Shown here: positions 27,727-37,724 of the stretch, piece by piece | How the letters are laid out: each line of letters starts with the position of its first letter | Position numbering within the stretch: position 1 is the stretch's first letter | Assembly: GCA_044359405.1 (NCBI GenBank) | Contig: JBIKMC010000001.1 | Location: 1-41,871 of the forward strand | Direction: 5' to 3' | Length of the DNA: 41,871 nt | Source of the DNA: Burkholderiaceae bacterium | GTDB lineage: Bacteria > Pseudomonadota > Gammaproteobacteria > Burkholderiales > Burkholderiaceae_E | Notes under the pieces: model-generated | Databases searched by the model: none | What the model was told of the DNA's origin: nothing | Seen by the model: the letters and a program-made list of their open reading frames with translations, nothing else | Made by a program: the position numbers and the translations under genes

Positions 27727-28389
27727 TTACTTCTTGGCGGCGGGTTTGGCAGCCGCCGGTGCAGCAGCGGCCTTGCCTGCGGCGGGTGCTGCGGCTGCGG
27801 GTGCGGCTGCCGGCGCAGCAGCTTCTTCCGCGCCCGGAATGGTCACGGTGGCGACCACCGGGTTTTCCTTGGCACGCAAAATTGGGCTGACACCATCGGG
27901 GAAGGCAATGTCGGCTACGTGAAGGGGCTTGCCCGCTTCGAGCTTGGACAGATCAACCGTGATAAAGGCCGGCAGGTCTTTGGGCAGGCAGCTGACTTCA
28001 ATCTCGGTGAGGATGTGCCCCACGATACCGGCTGACAGTTTCACAGCAGGCGAGTTTTCCTGTCCGGTGAAATGCAAGGGCACGCGCATGTGGATTTTCT
28101 CGTCAGCCGATACCCGCTGAAAGTCGATATGCATGACCTGCTGCTTGAACGGATGCCACTGCACGTCGCGCAGCAGCACCTGCTCGGGTTTACCGTCGAG
28201 CTCCATATCAAGGATGGATGAATGGAAGGTCTCGACACGTAGCGCGTGGTACAGCGGATTGTGCTCGATGGCGATGGCGGTAGGTGTTGCCTTACCGCCG
28301 TAAATGATGCCCGGTACCTGGTTGGCACGACGCAGGCGGCGGCTCGCACCCGAACCCTGCTCTTGACGTGTTTTGGCGACGACTTTCAT
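27727..28389 (-). CDS. rplY: 50S ribosomal protein L25 / general stress protein Ctc form
   Basis: MKVVAKTRQEQGSGASRRLRRANQVPGIIYGG N-terminus and two-domain Ctc length. Ala/Pro/Lys-rich tail AEEAAAPAAAPAAAAPAAGKAAAAPAAAKPAAKK. Confidence 0.9.
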   Translation of the reverse strand: MKVVAKTRQEQGSGASRRLRRANQVPGIIYGGKATPTAIAIEHNPLYHALRVETFHSSILDMELDGKPEQVLLRDVQWHPFKQQVMHIDFQRVSADEKIHMRVPLHFTGQENSPAVKLSAGIVGHILTEIEVSCLPKDLPAFITVDLSKLEAGKPLHVADIAFPDGVSPILRAKENPVVATVTIPGAEEAAAPAAAPAAAAPAAGKAAAAPAAAKPAAKK

Positions 28390-28503
28390 CGTGGCTCCTT
28401 TCGTATGGACCGATCGGTCCTGATGCCTGCGTTCCGCGACCAGTCCGGCAGGCGTTGCAAACGCCCGGCCAAAAAACAGTCGGGCACCTAAAAAACAGGC
28501 GAC

Positions 28504-29487
28504 TCAGTCGACAAACAGCGACGAGACGGAATCAGCGCGATTGATACGCAGAATGGTTTCCGCAATCAGCTGGGCGCAGGACAGGACCCGTATTTTCTCG
28601 CAGGCCCGGGCTTCTCTGGACAGCGGAATGGTGTTGACCACGACCAGCTCGTCCAGCGCGGTTTCCTGGATGCGGCTGACTGCTGCACCCGATAGAACAG
28701 CGTGTGTGCAGTAGGCCAGCACTTTTTTGGCGCCCCGCTCTTTGAGCGCGGCTGCTGCCTTGACCAGCGTATTGGCGGTGTCGACGATGTCATCCATGAT
28801 GACGCAGCAGCGATCTTCGACGTCGCCGATGATGTTCATCACTTCGGCCACGTTGGCCTTGGGTCGCCGCTTGTCGATGATGGCCAGGTCGCAGTCAAGG
28901 CGCTTGGCGAAAGCCCGCGCCCGCACCACACCGCCCACATCGGGTGAAACAACCAGCAGATTCTCGTGATAAGACTTGTGCAGATCGGCCAGCAGGATGG
29001 GCGCCGCGTAGATATTGTCAACGGGTATGTCGAAAAAGCCCTGAATCTGATCGGCATGCAGATCCATGGTGAGTAAGCGATCAACGCCTGCGGTCTGCAG
29101 CATGTTGGCGACCACCTTGGCGCTGATGGCCACGCGCGAAGAGCGTACGCGTCGGTCCTGGCGCGCATAGCCAAAATAAGGAAGCGCCGCCGTGATGCGG
29201 CCAGCCGACGCCCGCTTGAGCGCGTCGACCATGATCATGACTTCCATCAGGTTGTCGTTGGTGGGCGCGCAGGTGGGCTGCACCACAAACACGTCTTTGC
29301 CGCGCACGTTCTCAAGAATCTCGACCATGGCTTCGCCGTCAGAGAACCGACCGACGGTGGCCTTACCCAGCGTGATGTGCAGATGATGGGCGATTTCAGC
29401 GGCGAGCTGCGGATTGGCGTTGCCGGTGAAGACCATCAGGCCATCCGGGGTCAGCAGATCGGGAGTACGACTGAACGCGGGGATCAT
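28504..29487 (-). CDS. prs: ribose-phosphate pyrophosphokinase
   Basis: [33 protein letters not shown] and the PRPP loop [13 protein letters not shown]. The start could be ATG 29487 or the downstream ATG 29436. Confidence 0.94.
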   Translation of the reverse strand: MIPAFSRTPDLLTPDGLMVFTGNANPQLAAEIAHHLHITLGKATVGRFSDGEAMVEILENVRGKDVFVVQPTCAPTNDNLMEVMIMVDALKRASAGRITAALPYFGYARQDRRVRSSRVAISAKVVANMLQTAGVDRLLTMDLHADQIQGFFDIPVDNIYAAPILLADLHKSYHENLLVVSPDVGGVVRARAFAKRLDCDLAIIDKRRPKANVAEVMNIIGDVEDRCCVIMDDIVDTANTLVKAAAALKERGAKKVLAYCTHAVLSGAAVSRIQETALDELVVVNTIPLSREARACEKIRVLSCAQLIAETILRINRADSVSSLFVD

Positions 29488-29532
29488 AGGGGCTGGCTCG
29501 GATGAAGTTGCAGTAAGCGCTTTGACAAATTT

Positions 29533-29609
29533 TGGCTGGGGAGGAAGGACTCGAACCCTCGCATGCCGGAATCAAAATCCGGTGCCTTAACCAACTTGGC
29601 GACTCCCCA
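29533..29609 (-). tRNA. tRNA-Gln (anticodon UUG), CCA encoded
   Basis: The reverse complement, TGGGGAGTCGCCAAGTTGGTTAAGGCACCGGATTTTGATTCCGGCATGCGAGGGTTCGAGTCCTTCCTCCCCAGCCA, folds by hand as a cloverleaf. It has a 7-bp acceptor stem (TGGGGAG/CTCCCCA), an anticodon stem CCGGA/TCCGG with loop TTTTGAT, and a T arm GAGGG-TTCGAGT-CCTTC. Confidence 0.9.
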
Positions 29610-29625
29610 AGAACCTGCAACCTCA

Positions 29626-29647
29626 GAAAACGCCACAGGGCGTTTTC
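29626..29647 (-). terminator. perfect 9-bp hairpin overlapping the ispE stop; terminator or processing structure
   Basis: GAAAACGCC-acag-GGCGTTTTC is a perfect inverted repeat with a 4-nt loop. On the minus strand it reads TGAAAACGCCCTGTGGCGTTTTCTGAGG and ends 16 nt before the tRNA-Gln 5' end. Confidence 0.5.
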
Positions 29648-30572
29648 AGCGGAAAGCCCATTCGACCAGGGGGTGGCGTGCCACCGAACTGACAACCTGC
29701 ACCGTTGGACGGCGGCTTTTTACCCCGATCTGTGTTCGGGACAGAAAACCGGTCGCCCTGGCTGCAGTTTCGACGTCTGGTACGGGGAGAAAGACGCAGG
29801 ACCCAGACCCGCTCATACGTGCCAGATGCTTTGGCAAACGCAGTTGCGAACTGACCTGTTCAAGCGACCCAAGAGCCTGTTCAACCTGCGAAAAACCCTG
29901 TCGGACGACAGGCTCTAGATCGTTCTTCCCGCGAAAGACATTCTGCCCTTGCGAAAGACCGAAGATTTTGAGCGGTTTCGTATTCCGTGTCAATTCAGGG
30001 TGAGAAAACACCTTGGCCGTGGGCACTGCCACCGCTGGGGTCAGCAGCACGAAGCTGCGTTGCACCTGAGGGCAGGGTCGCAGGCGCTCGCCAACGCCTG
30101 TGGCATAGGCACTGCGGCCAAAAATGAAGAAGGGCACGTCGGCGCCCAGCTCAAGCCCGAGGCGCATCAGCTGCGCGCGTGACAGGTGCAGATTCCAAAG
30201 CCGGTTCAGACCCATCAGCACGGTGGCGGCGTCAGAGCTGCCACCGCCCAAACCACCGCCCATGGGGATGGCCTTGCGCAGGGTGATTTCCACGCCCATT
30301 CGGCAGCCGGTGTGTCGGGCCAGAAGCCGGGCCGCTCTGACGGTGAGATCGGTGTCAGCTGGAACGCCTGGCAATTGGCCGCGGCGAGTTAAGCGGCCGT
30401 CATCGCGAAGGGTTAGATCGATCGAGTCATAGAGGTCGATCAGCTCGAAAACGGTCTCGAGCTCGTGGTAACCATCGGCACGCCGCCCGGTGACGTGTAA
30501 AAACAGGTTCAGCTTAGCCGGAGCCGGCAAATTGCGAAGCTCTCGGGGAGCATGGGCATGCGACGGGCTCAC
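29646..30572 (-). CDS. ispE: 4-diphosphocytidyl-2-C-methyl-D-erythritol kinase
   Basis: PAPAKLNLFLHVTGRRADGYHELETVF and the GHMP kinase motif PMGGGLGGGSSDAA. GTG start overlaps the lolB stop (GTGA). Confidence 0.9.
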   Translation of the reverse strand: MSPSHAHAPRELRNLPAPAKLNLFLHVTGRRADGYHELETVFELIDLYDSIDLTLRDDGRLTRRGQLPGVPADTDLTVRAARLLARHTGCRMGVEITLRKAIPMGGGLGGGSSDAATVLMGLNRLWNLHLSRAQLMRLGLELGADVPFFIFGRSAYATGVGERLRPCPQVQRSFVLLTPAVAVPTAKVFSHPELTRNTKPLKIFGLSQGQNVFRGKNDLEPVVRQGFSQVEQALGSLEQVSSQLRLPKHLARMSGSGSCVFLPVPDVETAARATGFLSRTQIGVKSRRPTVQVVSSVARHPLVEWAFR

Positions 30573-31216
30573 GATGCCGTATCCACAATCAACTGGAGTT
30601 TGAGGGCCTCGCGAGGCGTACCGGCGGTATTGACCGCTGGCCAGGTCAGCTGTAGCACTCGGGGCCTGTCGTCCTGCCAGGTGCTGATGCGTACCGCCCA
30701 GCCAGCCTCGTCCAGCTGCAGCGGCTGACCGGGAGTCACCAATGGCGAGCTCAGGAACTGCCCCCTCAGCCAGCCAGGCAGCGCTGACACTGGCACTCGC
30801 CAGCCAAAGACCTGTTCGATCAGTGCCTGGTCATTGGCCGCGGAATATTCGCGACCCTCGGCGGTCCTCAGGAGGGCACTGCCGCTCTCTAGCCGAGCGT
30901 TGGCCAGCGTCTGGCCGAGCGGATTGGCCAGCTCGAGCAAAATCACGGCGCCTTGCTGCTCCAGTCGGAAGCGTCCGCTTGCGCGCTGGGTCTGACCGGA
31001 ACTGGCCGCGTCGGGGTAGGTAACTGCGAAGCGACCCTGCCACACAGTAAGGCTTGTCACGGGCGTAGCGGGGGTCGGACTTGGAGCCAGACCCGCACAG
31101 CCGGCCAGCGCCATGGCTAGGGCCAGGACGCCCAACAGGGTCGAACGCATCAGCGGGCGATGCAAGCCCCGCACGAAAGGGCGCCGCGCGCGCGCGGACG
31201 GCGCAGACGAGGTCAT
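30569..31216 (-). CDS. lolB: outer-membrane lipoprotein LolB
   Basis: Lipobox LALAMALAGC. Conserved position between a TPR gene and ispE. WQGRFAV..RASGRFRLEQ pattern. AGGA lies 8 nt upstream of ATG 31216. Confidence 0.8.
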   Translation of the reverse strand: MTSSAPSARARRPFVRGLHRPLMRSTLLGVLALAMALAGCAGLAPSPTPATPVTSLTVWQGRFAVTYPDAASSGQTQRASGRFRLEQQGAVILLELANPLGQTLANARLESGSALLRTAEGREYSAANDQALIEQVFGWRVPVSALPGWLRGQFLSSPLVTPGQPLQLDEAGWAVRISTWQDDRPRVLQLTWPAVNTAGTPREALKLQLIVDTAS

Positions 31217-31228
31217 GAGCGCAGTCCT

Positions 31229-33091
31229 TTACAGCGACACCTTCAGCCGGGTCAAAGTCTGCTGCAGGGTTTGATTGTCAGGATCTTTGCGGCGCGCATC
31301 TCGCCAGAGCTGCCGGGCTTCATCGGTCTTGCCTGCTGCCCATAGCACCTCACCCAGGTGCGCGGCAACCTCGGCATCAGGCATGAGTTCGAAGGCGCGC
31401 CGCAGGTACTCGATGGCACGTTCGTACTGTCCCTTGCGAAACAGCACCCAACCCATGCTGTCGAGAATGTGTCCGTCGTTGGGCGTCAGTTCAAGCGCCT
31501 TCTCAATAAGGGCCTGCGCTTCATCCAGGCGCAGGTTGCGATCGGCCAGGGAATAACCGAGAGCGTTGTAGGCATGAGCGTGATCGGGGCGCAGGCCAAT
31601 GAGCTTGCGCAGACTTGCTTCCATGACGTCGATGCGGTCTATCCGCTCGGCGGCCATACCGTGGTCGTACAGCAGCTCCGGGCTGGCGGGTTGATCGGCC
31701 AGGGCGCGATCGAGGACTTCGAAAGCCTGCTGGTAAAGACCGGCTTCGCGCAGGATCTGCGCTTCGACGGAGATCAGCTGAGAGCGCTCACGCGGCGTTC
31801 GGGCCTGGGCCTGCTGCAGCAGCGAGCGCGCTTCGTCCAGGCGCTTGAGCTTGCCCAGCACCACAGCAGTACGCAGGGTAGCCGAGTGTCGCTGCTCGCC
31901 GTCGTCGACCTTGGCATAGGCTGCCAGTGCTTGCTCGAGCCGCTTATCGTCTTCTGCCAGCTGCCCGAGAAAAAGCCAGGCCGGATCATTGTCACGCTCA
32001 ATATGCTCGGGCAGGGCCACGTAGCGTTTGAGATAGGCCTCGGCCAACGCGTTCTGGCTGGCTTGGGCAGCCAGCTGCGCTGCCGAGAACAGCACCAGGG
32101 GGTTCTCAGGGTGGCGTTCAAGCGCCGCATCGATCTGCGCGCGCGCTGCGGCGGTCTGTTCCTGCGCGAGTAGCAGGCGCGCCAGGGCGAATCGGGCTTC
32201 CAGAGCCTGGGGCGTGCGGGCGACGAATTGTTCGAGCAGGCGGGTGGCCGCAGCGGGCCCCTGGCCCGATTGCGCGAGATAGCGACTGGCCGCGACCGCG
32301 TAGGCCTCACGATCGGGCTGCAGCTCGAGCGCCGCGAGTGCATGCCCAGTCGCCTTGTCGAACGCATCTGTTGCTGCCGCCGCTGCGGCCAGCGCTACTC
32401 GGGCCTGCGCGATACCAAGGTCTTTCGCGGCGAGGCGCTCAAGCATGGCGAGCGCCTGCGCCTTGTCGTTGGCTCGGCCCAAAGCCCTGGCGATGTCTTC
32501 ATAGGCTTCGCCCAAACGATCCTGAGCCCGCGCCCGCTCAAGTTTTTGTCGCAGTGCGGTTTCGGCTTCCGGAAGGTTGCCGGCCGACAGCAGCAGGGTC
32601 TCGAGCGTCTGTGTGGCCAGGCCCGATGCGGGCGAGAGTTCAGCCCAAAGCCGCGCGGCGGGTAGCGCCCGCTCAAGTGAGCGTTCGGCCAAAGCCAGTT
32701 CGGTCGCGCGTCGGGCCAGGCGGTAATCGCGCACGCGGCGTGCCATCGATAGATACGTGGCCGCGGCGGTACCGTTTTCACCGCGCTGCGCGGCAATTTC
32801 GGCGGCAAGTAGCTGATAAACCAGTTGTGCCGACAGATCGACCGCGGGAAGCGCGGCTTCGGTTTCGCGTTGCTCTCTGGGCGGCGTGTCGCCCGGTGGC
32901 CGCGCAGGTGGCTGCACCTGGGCGGCAGGGCCCGAGGTGCCTGATCCGCCGGCCGGAAGAGTTTGAGCCCCCGGACCGTCGGTCAGCATGCAACCGGCCA
33001 GCAAAACGCTGAACAGAAGCGGTGCGAGGCCTGGGGTGCGAAGGGTGAGGGGCGCGACGCGCGCGCGCTGAGGCAGATTGAAGAGGTGCAT
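31229..33091 (-). CDS. tetratricopeptide-repeat lipoprotein
   Basis: Lipobox FSVLLAGC after [12 protein letters not shown]. The remaining ~580 aa form Ala/Leu-rich TPR-like repeats ([28 protein letters not shown]). ATG 33091 chosen; the ORF-track extension to 33385 runs into mutM. Confidence 0.8.
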   Translation of the reverse strand: MHLFNLPQRARVAPLTLRTPGLAPLLFSVLLAGCMLTDGPGAQTLPAGGSGTSGPAAQVQPPARPPGDTPPREQRETEAALPAVDLSAQLVYQLLAAEIAAQRGENGTAAATYLSMARRVRDYRLARRATELALAERSLERALPAARLWAELSPASGLATQTLETLLLSAGNLPEAETALRQKLERARAQDRLGEAYEDIARALGRANDKAQALAMLERLAAKDLGIAQARVALAAAAAATDAFDKATGHALAALELQPDREAYAVAASRYLAQSGQGPAAATRLLEQFVARTPQALEARFALARLLLAQEQTAAARAQIDAALERHPENPLVLFSAAQLAAQASQNALAEAYLKRYVALPEHIERDNDPAWLFLGQLAEDDKRLEQALAAYAKVDDGEQRHSATLRTAVVLGKLKRLDEARSLLQQAQARTPRERSQLISVEAQILREAGLYQQAFEVLDRALADQPASPELLYDHGMAAERIDRIDVMEASLRKLIGLRPDHAHAYNALGYSLADRNLRLDEAQALIEKALELTPNDGHILDSMGWVLFRKGQYERAIEYLRRAFELMPDAEVAAHLGEVLWAAGKTDEARQLWRDARRKDPDNQTLQQTLTRLKVSL

Positions 33092-33161
33092 CGGTTCGAT
33101 GTTAGGTTCAATTACACTGCCCGGCAAGCAAGCGGGGCTATGCGGGACGGAACTACGAACG

Positions 33162-33986
33162 ATGCCAGAACTTCCAGAAGTCGAGGTGGTGCGACGGGGC
33201 CTTGAGCAGACCGTAGCGGGACGGCTGATGACCGAGGTCAGCGTGCGCGAGTCGCGCTTACGCTGGCCTGTGCCTGTCGATTTGGCCAGTCGAGTGGTTG
33301 GCAAGCGCTTGCTGTCGGTGGGGCGGCGCGGTAAGTATCTGCTGCTGGGCTTTATCGATGGGGTGCTGATCGTCCATCTGGGCATGTCGGGTACTTTCCG
33401 TTTTCATGCCCAGCCACCGGCGCCCGGGCGTCACGACCACATTGATCTGCATACCGATGCCGGGGTACTGCGCTATAACGATCCGCGACGCTTCGGGGCC
33501 ATGCTTTGGCACCCCCTTGCCATGGGCTCCGTTCATCAGCACGCGCTGCTGGGCGGACTGGGTGTAGAGCCGTTTTCAGATGACTTTGACGCCCAGCATC
33601 TTTACCGCGGCAGTCGGGGGCGTCAGGTATCGGCCAAGCAGTTTCTGCTGGCCGGCCACTGCGTGGTGGGCGTGGGCAATATTTACGCCTGCGAGAGTCT
33701 GTTCAGGGCGGGCATTCATCCGAGCCTGCGGGTTGGTCGTCTGTCACTGGCACGCTGTGAGCGCCTGGCGCATAGCGTGAGGCTGACCCTGGCTGAGGCC
33801 ATCAGCCGTGGGGGAAGTACCCTGCGCGATTTCGTAGGCAGTGGCGGCGAGAGCGGCTATTTCCAGCTGGACTGCCGGGTCTATGGCCGAGCCGGGCAAC
33901 CCTGTCGCGAATGCGGCACCTCAATACGCCTGCTTCGTCAGCAGGGCCGATCAAGTTTTTTCTGTCCGCAGTGCCAGCGGCGCTAG
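33162..33986 (+). CDS. mutM: formamidopyrimidine-DNA glycosylase
   Basis: [14 protein letters not shown] (catalytic Pro2/Glu3), H2TH region and C-terminal zinc finger [24 protein letters not shown]. Confidence 0.95.
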   Translation: MPELPEVEVVRRGLEQTVAGRLMTEVSVRESRLRWPVPVDLASRVVGKRLLSVGRRGKYLLLGFIDGVLIVHLGMSGTFRFHAQPPAPGRHDHIDLHTDAGVLRYNDPRRFGAMLWHPLAMGSVHQHALLGGLGVEPFSDDFDAQHLYRGSRGRQVSAKQFLLAGHCVVGVGNIYACESLFRAGIHPSLRVGRLSLARCERLAHSVRLTLAEAISRGGSTLRDFVGSGGESGYFQLDCRVYGRAGQPCRECGTSIRLLRQQGRSSFFCPQCQRR

Positions 33987-34006
33987 TCTTTGGTGGTCAA
34001 GCCTGC

Positions 34007-35146
34007 ATGAGTGAATTCGCGCGTACGGTGATCGCGTGGCAGCGTGAGCATGGCCGACATGATCTTCCCTGGCAGCGGGGCCGTGACGCCTACCGCATCT
34101 GGCTATCCGAGGTGATGCTGCAGCAAACCCAGGTCGCCACGGTGTTGCCCTACTTTGCGCGCTTCATGGAGCGCTTTCCCAATCTGACGAGCCTGGCGCA
34201 GGCCCCACAGGAAGAGGTCATGAAGCTGTGGAGCGGGCTGGGCTATTACAGCCGCGCCCGCAATCTGCACCGCTGTGCAAAGACGCTCATGCAGGAGTAC
34301 GGTGGCCAGTTTCCGACTAACCGCCTGGCTTTGCAAAGCCTGCCCGGTATTGGACGGTCGACGGCCGCCGCGATTGCCGCATTCGCCTTCGGTGAGCGAG
34401 CCGCCATTCTCGATGGCAACGTTAAACGAGTGTTCTGTCGAGTCTTCGGCGTGCAGGGCTTTCCGGGTGAATCCGCGGTACTCGCTCGTCTATGGGCCAT
34501 CGCCGAGCGCGAGTTGCCCGTGGCCGAGGCAGGCCCGGCGCAGCTTGCCCGCGACATCGCGGCCTACACGCAGGGCCTGATGGATCTGGGTGCGACGGTT
34601 TGCACTCGAACACGCCCGCGCTGCGCGCAGTGTCCGGTGAGCGCCAGTTGCCAGGCTTTGGCCAATGATCAGATCGCGCTTTTGCCCACACCCAGGCCAA
34701 GGCGCGAGACGCCCGAGAGGCGGGTGGTTTTTCTGGTGGTTCTGCATGCAGGGCAGGTGTTACTGCAGCTAAGACCATCTGAGGGCATCTGGGGCGGGCT
34801 GCTCAGTCTGCCCGAGTGCGAAGCAGCGTCGCCCCAAGCCCTGATCGAGCGCGCTGAAAGCTTGTCTGGCTACCGCCTCGTGCCCGCGCATGCGTGCGAC
34901 ATCATCCGGCACAGCTTCACGCACTATCGTCTTATCGCCCAGCCCGTGGTCTTCACCGTACAAAGTGGGCGAGCACCGCTCGCGCGAGAAACGCGTGCAA
35001 TGAACCCCGTGGGCACAGAGCTGCGCTGGGTTGACCTTGCGACAGTGTCGGGACAGGCGCTACCCAAGCCGGTTCGAGCGTTCTTGTGCGGGCTGGCAGA
35101 CAGGCTCAGATCGCCTGATGGTCGACCAGAAACTGGTGCACCATAG
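34007..35146 (+). CDS. mutY: A/G-specific adenine DNA glycosylase
   Basis: RDLPWQRGRDAYRIWLSEVMLQQTQV, HhH-GPD LPGIGRSTAAAI, Fe-S loop CTRTRPRCAQCPVSASC and a NUDIX-like C-terminal domain. Confidence 0.92.
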   Translation: MSEFARTVIAWQREHGRHDLPWQRGRDAYRIWLSEVMLQQTQVATVLPYFARFMERFPNLTSLAQAPQEEVMKLWSGLGYYSRARNLHRCAKTLMQEYGGQFPTNRLALQSLPGIGRSTAAAIAAFAFGERAAILDGNVKRVFCRVFGVQGFPGESAVLARLWAIAERELPVAEAGPAQLARDIAAYTQGLMDLGATVCTRTRPRCAQCPVSASCQALANDQIALLPTPRPRRETPERRVVFLVVLHAGQVLLQLRPSEGIWGGLLSLPECEAASPQALIERAESLSGYRLVPAHACDIIRHSFTHYRLIAQPVVFTVQSGRAPLARETRAMNPVGTELRWVDLATVSGQALPKPVRAFLCGLADRLRSPDGRPETGAP

Positions 35147-35723
35147 CCAGCCGCTGTAAGGGATCCTCCAACGCCATAAGCGCCTGTCGGGAGCGCATAT
35201 CCAGCGGCAGGAATTCGCACAGACGGTTGGCAACCCACCCTGCTGAATTGAGCTGGTAGGGCTCGGCGATCATGCGACGATTGGCCTGCGGTTCGCGGCG
35301 AGCAAGATCGTCGATGAGCGCTTTCATGATCGCGCCACACGCCGACACCGTATCTGGGATGTCAATCGTCGGATCGTGATCGATCAGGTCGACCTTTGCC
35401 ATGATGAGCCCGTCCGGCTGCAATCGTGTTGAAAGAATGCGAAAGCGTTGCTCGCCCACTGTGCGAAGCTGCAGGACGCCAGGCTGCTCAAGGTCGAAAT
35501 CAACGATGCGCGCTGTGCATCCGACCGACTCGTGCTCGGCGGGCCTGCCCACTTCATTGCCGCGGGTGATCAGGCAAACGCCAAAGGGCAAACTGCCCGC
35601 CATGCAGCGGCGGACCATATCGGTATACCGGGTCTCAAATATCCTCAGTGGCAGAACGCCGTCCGGCAAAAGTACGGTGCTCAGAGGGAATATCGGCAGC
35701 TCGTCGCTATCAGTGTTGCGCAT
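35106..35723 (-). CDS. LON N-terminal substrate-binding-domain protein (no ATPase or protease domain)
   Basis: LPIFPLSTVLLPDGVLPLRIFETRYTDMV is the Lon N-domain signature. 205 aa only. The 3' end overlaps the mutY 3' end by 41 nt (convergent). Confidence 0.8.
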   Translation of the reverse strand: MRNTDSDELPIFPLSTVLLPDGVLPLRIFETRYTDMVRRCMAGSLPFGVCLITRGNEVGRPAEHESVGCTARIVDFDLEQPGVLQLRTVGEQRFRILSTRLQPDGLIMAKVDLIDHDPTIDIPDTVSACGAIMKALIDDLARREPQANRRMIAEPYQLNSAGWVANRLCEFLPLDMRSRQALMALEDPLQRLAMVHQFLVDHQAI

Positions 35724-35750
35724 GGTGTTGAGGTATGGCGGGCTTCAGGG

Positions 35751-36623
35751 CTATTGCTGCGACTGTGCACGCGCGGCCAGCGAGCGATGGCGTATCAGTA
35801 CCTGTTCGCGGTCCCGAAAACGCGCTGCCACCTGTTCAACGCAGTACACCGAGCGATGCTGTCCGCCCGTGCAACCGATTGCCACCGTCAGATAACTGCG
35901 GTTTTCAAGCACAAAGTGCGGTAGCCACTCGTCGAGAAAGCTGCCGATGCTGTCGATCATGCGACCCACGGCAGGAATGCGGGCCAGAAACTCGGCCACT
36001 GGCGTATCAAGACCCGATAGCGGGCGAAGCTCGGCGGTATAGAACGGATTGGGCAGGCATCGCACATCAAACACCAGATCGGCGTCCAGGGGAACGCCTT
36101 TCTTGTAGGCGAAAGACTCAAACAGCAGGGTGATGCCGGCCCGTTGAGTGCCGACCACGTCGCGCACCCAGGTGCGCAGCAGGTTTGGGTGCAGATCACT
36201 GGTGTCGATGGACACGCCCAGCCCATCGATCGCCGAGAGCAGTTCACGCTCACGCTCGATCGCCTCAATGAGGGTCGACGCAGACTCGCCGGGTTGCCGC
36301 TGCGACAGAGGGTGCCGGCGCCGCGTCTCTGAGTAGCGTTTGACCAGAATTTCAGTTCTGGCGTCGAGAAACAGTACCTTCACATCATGGCCGAAACGTC
36401 CCAGCCCCAGCACCACCGAGGGCAACTCAGCCAGTTCACCGCCACCACGCACGTCGATGGCGACGGCGAGCCGCTGCAGGCCTTCGGTTGCAAACGATCC
36501 GATGACTTCCTGCAGAAAGCGCAGGGGCAGATTGTCGATGCAGAAATACCCGTCGTCCTCCAATACATTGAGTGCGATGGACTTGCCCGATCCCGAGATT
36601 CCGGAAATGAGAACGACGCGCAT
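35751..36623 (-). CDS. rapZ: RNase adapter protein RapZ (YhbJ)
   Basis: MRVVLISGISGSGKSIALNVLEDDGYFCIDNLP (Walker A) and the C-terminal IGCTGGQHRSV motif. Confidence 0.95.
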   Translation of the reverse strand: MRVVLISGISGSGKSIALNVLEDDGYFCIDNLPLRFLQEVIGSFATEGLQRLAVAIDVRGGGELAELPSVVLGLGRFGHDVKVLFLDARTEILVKRYSETRRRHPLSQRQPGESASTLIEAIERERELLSAIDGLGVSIDTSDLHPNLLRTWVRDVVGTQRAGITLLFESFAYKKGVPLDADLVFDVRCLPNPFYTAELRPLSGLDTPVAEFLARIPAVGRMIDSIGSFLDEWLPHFVLENRSYLTVAIGCTGGQHRSVYCVEQVAARFRDREQVLIRHRSLAARAQSQQ

Positions 36624-36645
36624 GCTGTGTGTCTGCCGGGTGGTG

Positions 36646-37599
36646 TCAGCGGCCGGGTTCGGGCGGCCAGCCCTCGGATTCGATCATCTGCCGCTGACGC
36701 GCGATGAAGTCGCCCATGGTGTCGAAGCCGCGCAACTGCAGAACGGTGCTTCGCACCGCGGCCTCGGTGAGTACGGCCAGATTGCGCCCGGCCGCCACGG
36801 GAATCACGACTTTACGAATGGCGACCCCAAGCACAGTCTGCGTGAGCGCCTCAAGTGGTAAACGTTCGTACTCGTTTTCCATGGCGCTGCGACGAATCAG
36901 ATGCACGATGAGTTTCAGCTTCATCTTGGGGCGCACGGCCGTCTCGCCAAAGATAGCGCGTATATCAAGAAGACCAAGGCCCCGCACCTCGAGCAGATTG
37001 CGCAGCAGCGGCGGGCACCGCCCCTCGATGATGTGTGGTGCGATGCGGCTGAAATCGACTACATCATCAGCGACCAGGCCATGGCCCCGGCTGATCAATT
37101 CCAGGGCCAGTTCGCTTTTGCCCAGGCCCGACTCCCCGGAAATCAGCACGCCCATGCCCAGCACATCCATGAGCACACCGTGCATCTGGCAGCTCTCGGC
37201 TGCCGCCTTGGCCAGATAGTTGCGCAGACTGTCAATGACACGCGCGGCCGACAGGCTGCTGGACAACAGAGGCAGGGCGTCGCGCTCGGCCATCTCCATC
37301 ATTGCCACAGGTGCCGGCAGCGACTCGGCGATGATGACAGCGGGTGGGTGTCCGGCGACCAGATCAGTCAGGATGGATTGCTGACGATCGGCGTCCTGTC
37401 TCGAGAAATACAACAGCTCGGGCTCTCCCAGCACGTGAACCCGATTGGGATGGATGAGGTTGAGGTGACCGATGAGATCAGCAGGCTCGGCACCGGCGTG
37501 GGCCACGACCGCGCGTGACGCACCCGCAGTGCCCGCCAGCCAGGCGAGGCCCAGCTCGTCTGCGTTGTGCTCGATCAGGGTTCGGACATCGACGGTCAT
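36646..37599 (-). CDS. hprK: HPr kinase/phosphorylase
   Basis: P-loop GESGLGKSELALELISRGHGLVADD and LEVRGLGLLDIRAIFG. 317 aa. Confidence 0.93.
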   Translation of the reverse strand: MTVDVRTLIEHNADELGLAWLAGTAGASRAVVAHAGAEPADLIGHLNLIHPNRVHVLGEPELLYFSRQDADRQQSILTDLVAGHPPAVIIAESLPAPVAMMEMAERDALPLLSSSLSAARVIDSLRNYLAKAAAESCQMHGVLMDVLGMGVLISGESGLGKSELALELISRGHGLVADDVVDFSRIAPHIIEGRCPPLLRNLLEVRGLGLLDIRAIFGETAVRPKMKLKLIVHLIRRSAMENEYERLPLEALTQTVLGVAIRKVVIPVAAGRNLAVLTEAAVRSTVLQLRGFDTMGDFIARQRQMIESEGWPPEPGR

Positions 37600-37691
37600 G
37601 CCGCTAGAGTACCTGCAGGCGCGACGCGCGCAAAGGCGGCATGACGAATCCGGCGAGCTTTAGCGCCCTGCAGTGGGCCAATTTGGAATGA

Positions 37692-37712
37692 GGTGCCGGG
37701 TGAACCGGCACC
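37692..37712 (-). terminator. 8-bp GC-rich hairpin between ptsN and hprK (possible attenuator or partial terminator)
   Basis: GGTGCCGG-gtgaa-CCGGCACC lies 13 nt downstream of the ptsN stop on the minus strand. It is followed by TCATTCC, a poor T-tract. Confidence 0.35.
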
Positions 37713-37724
37713 CGATGCGATTAC

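Noticed and set aside
33092-33385. N-terminal 98 codons of the tracked 718-aa TPR ORF
   Set aside because: They run antisense through the mutM 5' end. The ATG at 33091 is followed by a lipoprotein signal (LLAGC).
33741-33757. TGGCACG-ctgt-GAGC motif inside mutM
   Set aside because: It lies in the middle of a coding sequence with a poor -12 element and no downstream gene start.
35106-35146. 41-nt convergent overlap of the mutY and lonN-domain gene 3' ends
   Set aside because: It is probably a benign consequence of the late stop in mutY (Pro/Gly-rich tail). There is no evidence of a regulatory function.
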